A stretch of 64,000 nucleotides of DNA from Pelomyxa schiedti (Eukaryota > Protista > Evosea), in assembly GCA_020536535.1 (NCBI GenBank), contig JAHLWZ010000869.1:1595-65594 (forward strand). Reading direction: 5' to 3'. Positions within the stretch are counted from its first letter, which is position 1; every line of letters begins with the position of its first letter. The position numbers and the translations under genes were made by a program. This document shows positions 25,231-36,001 of the stretch, piece by piece. The notes below the pieces were generated by a model, which worked only from the letters and a program-made list of their open reading frames with translations, searched no databases and was not told the origin of the DNA.

Positions 25231-26430
25231 TCAACAGCAAGTCCTTTTCTTTGGTGGGGGAAAATCATCATCAGCCTCTGCTACAAGGTGGAGGGATGGT
25301 GCCTTGGAGAGGGTGGAATTTGTTAGGAAAGTGTATATTTGGTGGCACAGGTGCGAGAATGCAAGGTCCACATTGATTCCTTCTTTGGAACTGACTTCAC
25401 TGTAAAGCGGTTTAGTGCAAAGTGGTTACTGTGTTGAGGAACACAACAAGAATGAAACTCCGAGTGAATCAGCTAATTTCTGACCTTCCTCTGTAGAGAC
25501 TTCCCTGCGGCCCATCTCACACTGTGAAAGTTCAGTGATAAGAATAAGAAAGAAGGAATCCACCTTGTTTCCAATAAGAATCTTTACAGCGTTATCGCAG
25601 GCATATCTATCGATTTCACCGAGCCAGTGCTTAATATTTATAAATGACGGTTTGTTCGTCACATCACTGGTTGTGGAGGAGATTCTCATTAGCAGCATTA
25701 AAAAAGGAATGACAGAGCACACTATACAATGGCAATGCCATGAGCACCACGGTAATCTGATAGAGTTTCTAGTTCAACAATAGGAGTTTTGTTGTTTTAT
25801 GGAGACTTTACATGAACTCACAATGGTGCGGAATCTAATGAATAGTCTTTAGAAGACAAGAATATGATAAAAACTACTGCATACCTTTCGGAACCAGCTG
25901 TGTCCCACTGCGATAAAAGTTAACCTCATAATTATAGGAAGTGGAATTACTATTTGAAGTCGTATTGTGTGTGTTTCTAGTTGTACAGTTTTTAATTTCT
26001 AAGTGGAATTAACAAGGAAAAAACTATTAGAGTGAACGATAGGTTGGGGTCAGACATAGTCAACACCTATGTTGAAGATCAGCCCAAAAATTCTGCAAAG
26101 TAAATGACACACCAATGGTGCATGCATAATTTGGATCGTATCTATTTTCCTGGAGCTATTGAACAAAAAATAAAAAATGAAATAATACGGACTGTAAAGC
26201 GAAGAATAATGGAGCCTGAACAACCTAAGTAAAAACAGTTGACAAAGATGCTGGAAGTTACTTTTTCCCACGTTAGGGTCACCAATCATCAACAGTTTAT
26301 AGCTCTCCCTAGTGGAATAAACAAAGCGCACCGAAAACACAAATTTCCAGCAACACAGTGATTATTAAGGAAAAAGTTGTTGGACTCGTGCACACAAAAT
26401 AGGCTCATTCACGGGTGGTGTGCCACTCAT
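25231..26430 (-). CDS. Rab1-like small GTPase (divergent)
   Basis: Spliced: [74 protein letters not shown]-stop (CC prenylation motif). Confidence 0.9.
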
Positions 26431-26717
26431 TTCGCTATCTCTTCAAACAACCAATTTGTGAAGTTTGAACTTTTTAAAAAGGAAGTACTGTTACTTCAAG
26501 TGCTCTGACACTCTTACTGGATACACTGCAACTCCCCCTTGCGCAGGACACACGCAAGGTGTCTTCTGCTTAGATCTCAGATGGCTATCCTAGTTGCAGT
26601 TCCAAATCGGGAGAGTTTTCCTCTCGTTGTATAAACGCACTTCAATTCCGTGTTGCAACACAGCAGCTGGTCACTTCCACAGTCGCTCCACTTTAAACAA
26701 GCAAAGAAAACCTAAAC

Positions 26718-29700
26718 ATGCCACTCAAGGCACGCGGACGAGGAGGCAGAGGCCGAGGCCGAGGCGGCCGCGGCTCCGGCTTTCGTGGAGGTAAAGGCGC
26801 CAGGGGCGGCCGAGGAGGGTTCCCCAGCAGCAGCAGAGGGGTAGGCGATCCACAACGAGGGGGGCGCGGCCGAGGCAGCAGAAGGGGAGGCCGAGGCCGC
26901 GGCTGGGGAAGCACCACGGCGCCATACCTGAACGCAGATGCCTCCATGAGCTCCGACGATGATGAAGACGAGGAAGAGGAAGAGGAAGAGGAAGAGGACG
27001 ATGAGGACGAGGTTGTGGAGGTTAAGAAGCCCGCGGGGAAAGGTGCCAACAAGGGAAAGGGAAAAGGAAAGAAGGCGAGCGCCGACGGGGACGACGAGGA
27101 CTCCGGGGAGACGGCGACGGGGAAGAGGGGGCCAAACTGGCCGAGGAAGGGCGAGAAGGCCCAGGGCGAGGACGAGGACGAGACGGGGCCCACGCCCAGG
27201 AAGAAGCCGCGCAAGGCGTCGGCCCCAGCTGCGGTTGCTAAGAAAGTGCCCCCGGCCGAGGAGACTCCAAAGGCAAAGGCCAAGGCCAAGTCCAAGACGG
27301 GGAAGAAGGCCCAACCACCACAAAAGCAACAGCCTGCCGAGAAGAAGGAAAAACCACAAGCTAACGAAAAGCAGAATAAGCAGAAGCAGCAGCAGCAGCA
27401 ACAGTCACCAAAGAGCAAAAAGGGAAAGCCTGCTGAACCTTCTGAGAAGAAAACACCAACTGAAAAGGAAGCCGGAGTGAATGCCAAGGAAGGAGAGAAG
27501 AAAGCAAGCCAAGGAGAACAACCCACAGAGCCTAAGAAGCAAAGCAAGTCAAGTAAAAGAGCTCAAAAAAAGAAGCTGAAAGCGCTCGCAGCCAGTGCTG
27601 CAAGTGAAAAGGATAGTACACCAAAAGAAGCGCTCCCATCCACTGCACAAGTGAAGGACAACGAAATCTCAGAAGCCACTACTCAACCACCAGCAATACC
27701 CCTTGATCCAGTCTTGCCATTACCCGCAGACCACGTGCCAACTACTGCATCTCCTACCGAAAATATAGCACCAACCCCAGTTCCCACTACCGAAACTCCA
27801 TTGTCCACGTCTAACCCTCTATCTGAGTCCTCATCTAAAGCCACCTCTGAGCCAGCATCTACTACAGAGGCTACCCTTAAACCAGCGTCTGTGGCCCCAC
27901 CGATTGGAGTCTCCTCAATTTGTACCGTCCCTTTGGAACACCATGATGCCTATACAGGGAAAATTCTAAAGATCGACCTTACTGCTGTATGCCTATGAAA
28001 ATTTGTTTCTCTTGGAAACTGCTTACTAGGGAACTTGCATTGAAGAACCAACCTCTGCAGAGATGAAGCGCAAATGGGTTGGCGCAAGAGGCTTTGGCAC
28101 CAAGTGAGTCGATATACCTTTTATTTTCTTTTTCCCCTATGATATCGTTACATTAAGTGTAGGATTATCAGTGATTTAGTTGATCCCAAAATCGATCCTC
28201 TATCCCCTGCAAATGTCTTAGTTTGCGCTACGGGGCCTCTAACAGCAATTGGAATTTCTACTGGTTGTTTCACTTGGAATTCGCGCCACCACACTAATTT
28301 CCAATACACAGGAGCACGATGTACATTCGTGGCAAAAGGTGCCCTTACCAACACACTTTCCACTGCCAGTGTTGGCGGTAACTTCGGGATTTCACTCAAA
28401 CGAAGTGGGTATGATGCCATTGTTTTCACTGGCAAGTCTCCCGCACCAATCAATCTTGTTTTACGGGTTGGCACTCCGCTTCGTTAGCCGAGACTAACCT
28501 TAGAAAGGCGGGAGAGAGGCCCATTCTTGCTGATGCTTCCTCTCTTTGGGGTTCTGTTACATCTGCGACGTTTGAGGCCTTACACACCCAGTACAAACCT
28601 CTTAGCGTTGCTTGTATTGGCCCAGCAGGAGAAAAACTCAGGTATTTCAGTTGGAAAATAGTAACTGTGACTTAGTTGCTATGTAGTAAAATTGCTTGTA
28701 TAATGTCAGACAAAAAGCACGCAGCAGGGCGTGGAGGCCTTGGTGCTGTGATGGGATCAAAGAATGTGAAAGCAATCATTTGTTGTGGTGGTTCAGTAGT
28801 AAAACCACATGACGAAACACTCCTGCGAGAGGCATCGTCTGCATCTCATTTATGGTCCTTTCTAATGGCTTGTAAGGTGCATAAAGAAAAATGCAAAAAA
28901 ATGGTTGCAAACGGCGTTGTTGGGTTACTTACTAAGCATGGCACAAATGTCCTTATGAAAGGATGTAATGATGCAGGAATACTACCATCCCTGAACTTCA
29001 AGAGTGGTCATACTGATGCAACCACATGCGAACCAGTGTGTAATCAGGTTTTTTCCCTTCATTCTCACCTATGTGGCATATAGGCAACAGGAGAATATGT
29101 TACTGAGCATTATCTAAAAAAGAATGAAGGGTGCAATAACTGTCTTATTAGATGTGGCCGAGTTGTAGAAATAGAGGGGAAAACACTCTACGGTCCGGAG
29201 TATGGTAAAGCAATGTCTTTCCTTTCACCTTTGCTCACCTCCCTTAGAATCTGCCTGGGCCTTTGGTCCCAACTGTGAGTTTTTTTTTTTATATGCTCAT
29301 GAAATATTCTAAACATGAAAGGTGGAATATTCGATTTTGCTGCTATAACAAAAGCCAACGCTATATGCAATGAATATGGCATTGATACAATCAGCGCCGG
29401 TGGCACAATTTCCTGTGCAATGGAGATGCACGAGAAGGGCTACCTCTCGGAACCAATTAAATTTGGCGTAAGTTTGTTTTGACCATTTGAAAAGTTCTAA
29501 CCACGAAAATCAGAGTGCTGAAGCACTTGTCTCTTATATAGAGAAGATGGGCAAATTGGAACCAGGAATTGGAGAAGAACTTTCTGAAGGATCACTTCGG
29601 TTCTCCACAAAATATGGACACTCAGAATTTTCAATGACTGGTGAATTTTTTTGGTTATTTGCCACATCTTAACTCTTCCACCAGTGAAGGGGCAAGAGCT

Positions 29701-30419
29701 TCCTGCCTATGATCCACGAGGTCTTCAGGGAATGGGTATAGTGTTCCAACAGTAGTTTTGGTTACTTAAAGTGAATAGGATTGAACTACTCGACCTCAGT
29801 ACGTGGGGGATGCCATGTATACGGCTATACCACAGCCGTCGGTAAGAGCCAAAAGTATTTTGTGAAAATAACATGTTAAAGAGCATGTTGGCAACCCCAT
29901 AAAACTGGACCCAAAGGCTACAGATAGCAACAAGGTTGCAACTGTCATTGCATTCCAGAATACTGCAGCATTCATAGATGCTGTAGGAATGTGCTTGTTC
30001 TCGTCGTTCGCGTTGACTGCCGATGATTACACAGACTTGTTTTGTGCCGCAACTGGTTTGACTGGGATAGACAAGAGCACTTTTGGTGTAGAAGTTGGGG
30101 AAAGGTACAAACCAACACCTTTTGCGAATGGCGATTTACTTCTTCCAGAATATGGAATGCACAGAAACTGTTCAATGAAGCCGCAGGCTTCTCCTCCAAG
30201 GATGACACCCTCCCGACCCGTTTACTTAACCAGCCACTCGATTTCGGTGACCTTCAGGTTGCTTTCTCTCGGTCCAGTCCTGCCAGAAAGTCCTAACACC
30301 AACCAAAGGGCCAAACTTGGAAACGCGAAGAACTGCTGGGTCAGTACTACGCCCAGAGAGGCTGGGATGCCAACGGGAAGCCCACTCCTGAAAAACTCAC
30401 TGCACTGGGCTTGCTCTAA
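26718..30419 (+). CDS. Aldehyde:ferredoxin oxidoreductase (W/Mo-pterin AOR family) with ~410-aa low-complexity N-terminal extension
   Basis: [119 protein letters not shown]...LGLL-stop. More than ten GT-AG introns. Confidence 0.92.
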
Positions 30420-30849
30420 GCGAGTCCTACCACTACGGGGCCTTCCCTGTTCAGACAAATTTCCTTTAGTCTAAAACCTTTTTTTGGCTGGGGGTGAAGT
30501 TTTCCCGGCGTCCAAAATAATTAAGAAAAAGCATGCAATTCCGCGTACCACCAATTTCATCGCCCTTTTATGACAGTTGCACCTCTTTGCATATTTTCTC
30601 GTTGTGAAATAGGATTGACCTTTATCAGTACCATTTTTGATTGTGATATCCCACACGACTAACAACCTTCTCCCAGAACACCGAAGGAAAACCGTTTTTT
30701 TTTTGTTTTGCTGCTGGGCTTCGTTGGTGTCCCGGTGGGGATTTCGCTGTGTGTTGCATCTTTTTAAAATTTTTTTTGGTGGGCTAATTCGTTCGTTCTT
30801 TAAAACTGTTGTTGTTTGTGTAGGAGTAGTGTTTAGAGGAAGGAACATT

Positions 30850-32690
30850 AAGTCAAAATGCTGGAATGTAGTGTTGTTGTTGTTGGCAGGAACGAGTGTG
30901 GACGGGCCATTGAGACTAGAATATTGCAGTCGTTCTCTACAGTGGTAATATCCTTTTGCTAATGTACTGTTACTTTTTGCCCAGAAAATAGTTGTAACAT
31001 ACCTTATAATAAAAAGGCACCTCTTAGGGAGTTGCTTGATACAGCAGTGGCTGCAGTGGGGGAGAATAGTCAATATTTGAGGGTTTGGGCAGTTCTGAAA
31101 GGAAGAATAATCCGAGATCAATCTGCTCCATTAAGTTCTCTTCTTAATCTATTAGGTACCTACTACACAGATAAATGCGTTTACTGTATCCCTTCGTTAT
31201 ACTTATAAACAAACCATCACGCAGGCTCCCCTCCCGTTCTCCACGTTTGCTTTTCCCCTCGAAAAATTACTGCCCCACTCAAGCAAATAACAATGGGAAC
31301 ACTATTTTGCACTCCGCACCCTGTTTCAGAGAGTTCTGAAGTAAAAAATACCTCCACTCCTCAACCTCTTTTAACAATAGAAAGATTTGTTCAAATGCGG
31401 TGACAGCACTATCGCAATCCACAGAACAGCCTTGGGTTCCATGTGACTGGATAAAAGTGAGAATATTTTTCGTTTGGTGTGTTATTAAGGTCCACCCTGA
31501 CAGGGACTGCAAAAGCTAGAGTCCATTCTGCAGGTGACTACACCGACAGAAAGTAGTGAAACGATGAAGCTTGGTAAAGCCTTCTCTCATGCCCTCTAAG
31601 TGCCAACTACTTCTAGCAAATATTATCTCCCATGCCTGTTTATCGCTCTCAGACTTGCAACTCCAGTTACGAGGTTTACTGATCTCTGAATCTGAACTTG
31701 ACAATCATTGGTAGGAACACAATACAACTTGAAATTTGCTTAAAATCTTAGTGTAACCAACGTGGGACCTAAGGCTATAGAGGAATGCCAAAAAATGGCA
31801 TCAACCCTAACAGTAATGGCTGCAACTTTGTCAAGCTTCAGTGGTTTAAACCAACACTCTGACACACATCTCTTTACCTCCAGCATTGGTCTCCTCTCCG
31901 TTCAATCAACCCGTGAACCAATGCTCAAAAAACCCACTCGGCTTCAACTTGCATTCATGCTGGGTACAGTTGAGAGACCTCTTCCTGCACATAACCACGG
32001 ACTTGTATGCCTTTCCTGATATGACTGGGATACCGTTTTCCCTTCACCTTTTGTTCCTTACATCGAAATAGGACCAACTGAACAACCACGATCATACCTG
32101 TTTTATTTATGACGCCCACCATGTGGCACTGTGCCTCATCCTCCAGATGATTCTCACGGCATTTCAAGCCGGTGGAGCTTTTCTAGGGATTATTAACAAA
32201 CAATGCATTCAAGATACTCGCAAAGCACTTAGTAATCTGGGAATGGCTCCGGACCAACTACTAGAATCCAAGCGAATTGCATTCGTTGACAACGATGCCT
32301 ACCTAGAAGTACCTAAGCCACTTTTGCGATTAATATAGAATGACAGAGTTATGACTATTATTACGCTCAAACTAATACCAACCAAAGGAAAAACCTTCTG
32401 CACAAACACGGGAACTCGGTGTGAGAGATTTGCTTCAGAACACTTTGACATCATCTGGACTGGACAACTTATATGTTGTTGGTGATGTCAGATATCCTGG
32501 TGATCAGCCACAGCCCGCACAGGACTTTTTTAGCAACCAAATTCTGGAATATGAGAAGATAATAACACCAGGGACGTATACACTGCTTTCCGCAAGAGGG
32601 ATATGTTTATATGAGAGGACTGCATTCCCTCCCCCATTCCTTGATAGCCTTGTTGCCACTCATAGATTTGAGCTCACTGCACACTCATAG
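30850..32690 (+). CDS. Multi-exon protein with C-terminal MEDS sensory domain; N-terminal part possibly ubiquitin-like
   Basis: Exons 32072-32690 give HDHTCFIYD...RKALSNLGMAPDQLLESKRIAFVDNDAYL...LYVVGDV...ILEYEKII...GICLYERTAFPPPFLDSLVATH, matching the MEDS pattern from memory. Start codon not located. Confidence 0.65.
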
Positions 32691-32862
32691 GAGAAAAAGG
32701 GATAATATGCAATTTTGTTGTTTGTTCCCTTTTTTTTCATTTGGGAGTTTTCTTCATGGGGTTTGTTGTGGTGGTGCTTGTTTCTTTCGTCTTTGAGGGC
32801 GCCCGTTGGGCTTGCGAGAACTTTTGGCGGCACTCGGTAGTTGGCGTAACACCTAAAGAAGC

Positions 32863-34177
32863 TCAGTTCATATTATGCAAGGAAAATTTCTCAACATGTT
32901 CTGCCCTCTTGGGCTCCTGGAATATACAAACGACTGCAACAATGCACCCTGGGATCGTGATTATGTACTTGCGCCAGCCGTCCTGTGAAGTGGTAAGAGC
33001 ACGACTAGAAAATGGAAGCTGATACCCGCTTTTGGTATCCTTTTTCCGTGGCACCCTTGGTACTGTCCTTCTTGTTCTTCTTTCCACAGTTTGGCCAGAG
33101 GTCGTTATTTGGTCCAATGCAGAAGAAGGGTCGATTCTTAAGGAGATCCAACTCTGAAGTGACAGTGAGGAGTAACAAAGGGGAGGATATGTTACGATTA
33201 ATCCAGTAATGTGTGGGGTCGTCCTTATAAATCCATTTGTCAGAGATAATGACTGGTCACAAAAGAAAAGAAATGAAATGAAATGCAAACTGGGTGAAAA
33301 ATTAAAAAGCGCAGACGGGACTTACATTTATCAATTGTGTCTACAAGTACTGTGGGCAATTTGTACACTTCATCCCGAGTCAAATGAAGTGGGCCACAGT
33401 CATTAAACTTCTCACACTGGAAGTCGCGACGGCTATATGTTGCTAGTGGAATGCGGTTTTCACACTGGAAGGCACAAAGTGCAGGAGACTTCTGAGAGCA
33501 AGCGAGAGCCTGCACTATACTTCGTTGTATGGGTTGGTCTAACAACAGTAGCTTCTGCCAAAGGAAGGCCTGAGTTTGACAAAGCTGTGTGATCTGGTCG
33601 CCGCCCTCCAGTCCCGGAGCAAGGGGCACTGCATTTGGCTGAGGCACAAAAGAACCGACTCGGTCATTAACTTGCTCCGCCTGCCAAAGCTGTGGGATCG
33701 GTAGCGGCGGTGGTCGTGGAAAGGGTGATCCATATGCCACTCCCGTAGATACTGCATTTTGTTATAAATGGCAATAAAAGCTATCAAGTCAAAATTACCA
33801 GGCAGTTGCAGCAGCGGCTGCTGTTGCTGTTGCTGGGGGACGCAGTTACGTTGTGCCTGGTCACCACCGACGCCAGGTGTTTGTTGACTCGGCTGCATGC
33901 CATCAGTGTACTGTTGTGGCCGTTGCTGTATGTGAGCACCAACGGAAGCACCAGTATGCTGAGGTGAGGATGCAGCAGAGTTAACAGACAGCTGGGGTCG
34001 GTGGGGATCAGCCACCGCGGAACTGCTGTTGCTGTGTTGGCTGTAGGGGTTGGTGGGGCCATTTCCCATAATCCAGGAGGCAGTGGCTCCAGTAGGCGAC
34101 AGCATGGGCTCAAGGTGGGTGTTGCTTTTCTCAAGTTCGTCGTCGTCTTCCCCACCTGCCGCTGATTGTTGGTTCAT
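32863..34177 (-). CDS. Hypothetical protein with Gln/Ser-rich N-terminus
   Basis: ORFs 33539-34270, 33240-33740 and 32863-33288 are linkable by introns; no family recognised. Confidence 0.5.
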
Positions 34178-34288
34178 GTTTGGGGAATTTTTTTTTTGTT
34201 CAATTGAACAAGTAATTGAATAAAAATACCGTTTGGGGTTTTCTTTTGCAATTGCCATTGCCGCACCCAAGTTGGGAAGCGAAGGGGT

Positions 34289-35892
34289 CAGGCCTTGTGA
34301 GTGTGGTGATGGTGTTTGTGGTTGTGATTGTGATTGTGCTTGCGTCTATGGTGGTGGTTCTTACTTTCTTCCATAACGCGGAGGAATATGGACCGAAGGT
34401 CCTCAACCTTGACATAGCCAAGATTTTTCAGCTGTGGAGTTTTCTATGTGCAACCGATTAGAGAGATGTAAGAATAGGGAATCGGAACCTTGAATAGCAT
34501 AACGGCAGATACACATGTACCCAAGGTATTGGTTCCCAACGTAATTATGTTCTTGTGGTATTCATCCTGTGAGAGTGTTGGAAATGTTGAAGGTTGAGGT
34601 GTTATACCTCATTTTTTTTGTACCACTTTCTTAACACTCCTGTTTGCCCTTTTTTTTGGGATGCATCTCCCCCCCAACTAGAATTATCCACCTTACAAAA
34701 ATAGGCCAAGCAGACTAGCTCTTGCAACACTTGGAATGGCGTGAAACAAAAGGCGATTTATGGGAAGTTACTAGTAGGCCAGGAAACAGAAGGGTCCTTT
34801 AAAAAGATTGCACATCTATGGAATTGTTTGACTGTCCCAAAAAAAGAGAATGTTAGTTGAGTGTCAAGTGGAGAAGAGGCCTACATTGTTCAAGGGAGTT
34901 GATACTTATACGTGGGAGGGTGATCTCCAGTTCAGAGAGAGGCTTGAAAAGTGGCCAGCAACTCTTGAATTGCCCACACTGGAAGGTCTTCCATTCTGGG
35001 GATGATGGGAATTCAGGCATCAAACGCCAAGGCAAAAGTAAAGCAGGAAGTGCAGGTAGCAATTGAGGAGGATCACCCACGAAAGGCTGGACACCTTGGT
35101 ATTGGTTCTGCAAGGCCAGTGGGGGAACACCTGTTGGAGTGTTGATCATCATCTGAGTTGGGCTAACTGGGTATTGTGGGACCTAAGGAAATTAGTAAAT
35201 TATTGCACTTAATTAAGTCCAAATCCCCAAAGGTAACATACATTTGGAATAAGTGGCACTCCTGCTGCATTAATTACTAATCCTGGAGGAAAAGATTGGC
35301 AAGGTTCAGCACCACCCATATAAGACAGAGGCGCCATTTGTACAGGAGAAACATATGAATGAGGGACCTCGCCAGTTCTAGGTGCGGTTTGGACCCATTC
35401 CACTTGTGGGACAGAGGGGTCAAAGGTTGGCAGGTAGGTCGGCTGCGCATGTTCGGGCGCAACGGAGCAGGTTTCGGCGCCGATTTGCTGCTGGGGAGGA
35501 TAGGAGTCCCCAGTGGGCGGAGTGCCCGGGCTCGCGGTGCCGCTGCTGCACTCGGTGGAGGTGGCGGGAGAAGGGGGCATGGGCGGGAGGACGATGGTGC
35601 CGCTGGGGGTGAGGGGCAAGGGCGACCCGGCGTGGGCCGGGGCGGGCGTCGAGACGGCGGGGCAGAAGCCCCAGGGGAGGGGGCAATCCGCCAGAGTTGC
35701 CTGGAGGGTGTAGTCCCACTCCCCAGCGGTGCCTGGGTAGCCCAGGCCTCCGTCACCTGGACCCAGCAGGGCCGAGGAGAACGGACTATAGGATCGGGTT
35801 AGGTTAGGGGTTCGGTCCACGGCGCTCGAGTTTGTCGTCGCCGTTGTCGGTGGCCACGCAGTTGCGTGGCCTGTTGGGCTTGGTTCCTGCAT
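34289..35892 (-). CDS. Hypothetical protein with Pro-rich N-terminus and His-rich C-terminus
   Basis: ORF 35209-35892 plus downstream exons; last exon ends NHHHRRKHNHNHNHKHHHHTHKA-stop. Confidence 0.5.
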
Positions 35893-36001
35893 TTTTTTTC
35901 TGGTCGGGGAATCGGGCCAAGTTGGCAGCCCGCCAGGGAAGGACTAAACGGCGCAGAAACATCAGATCGTAGACGACGTTCTAATTTTCTAAACGGCGCG
36001 A
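35893..36001. promoter_or_regulatory. Putative bidirectional promoter between divergent genes
   Basis: ~110 bp between opposed start codons, containing two copies of CTAAACGGCGC. Confidence 0.4.

Noticed and set aside
26718-32690. Prokaryotic contamination or symbiont contig explaining AOR and MEDS
   Set aside because: Both genes carry many GT-AG introns of host type and are flanked by clearly eukaryotic genes.
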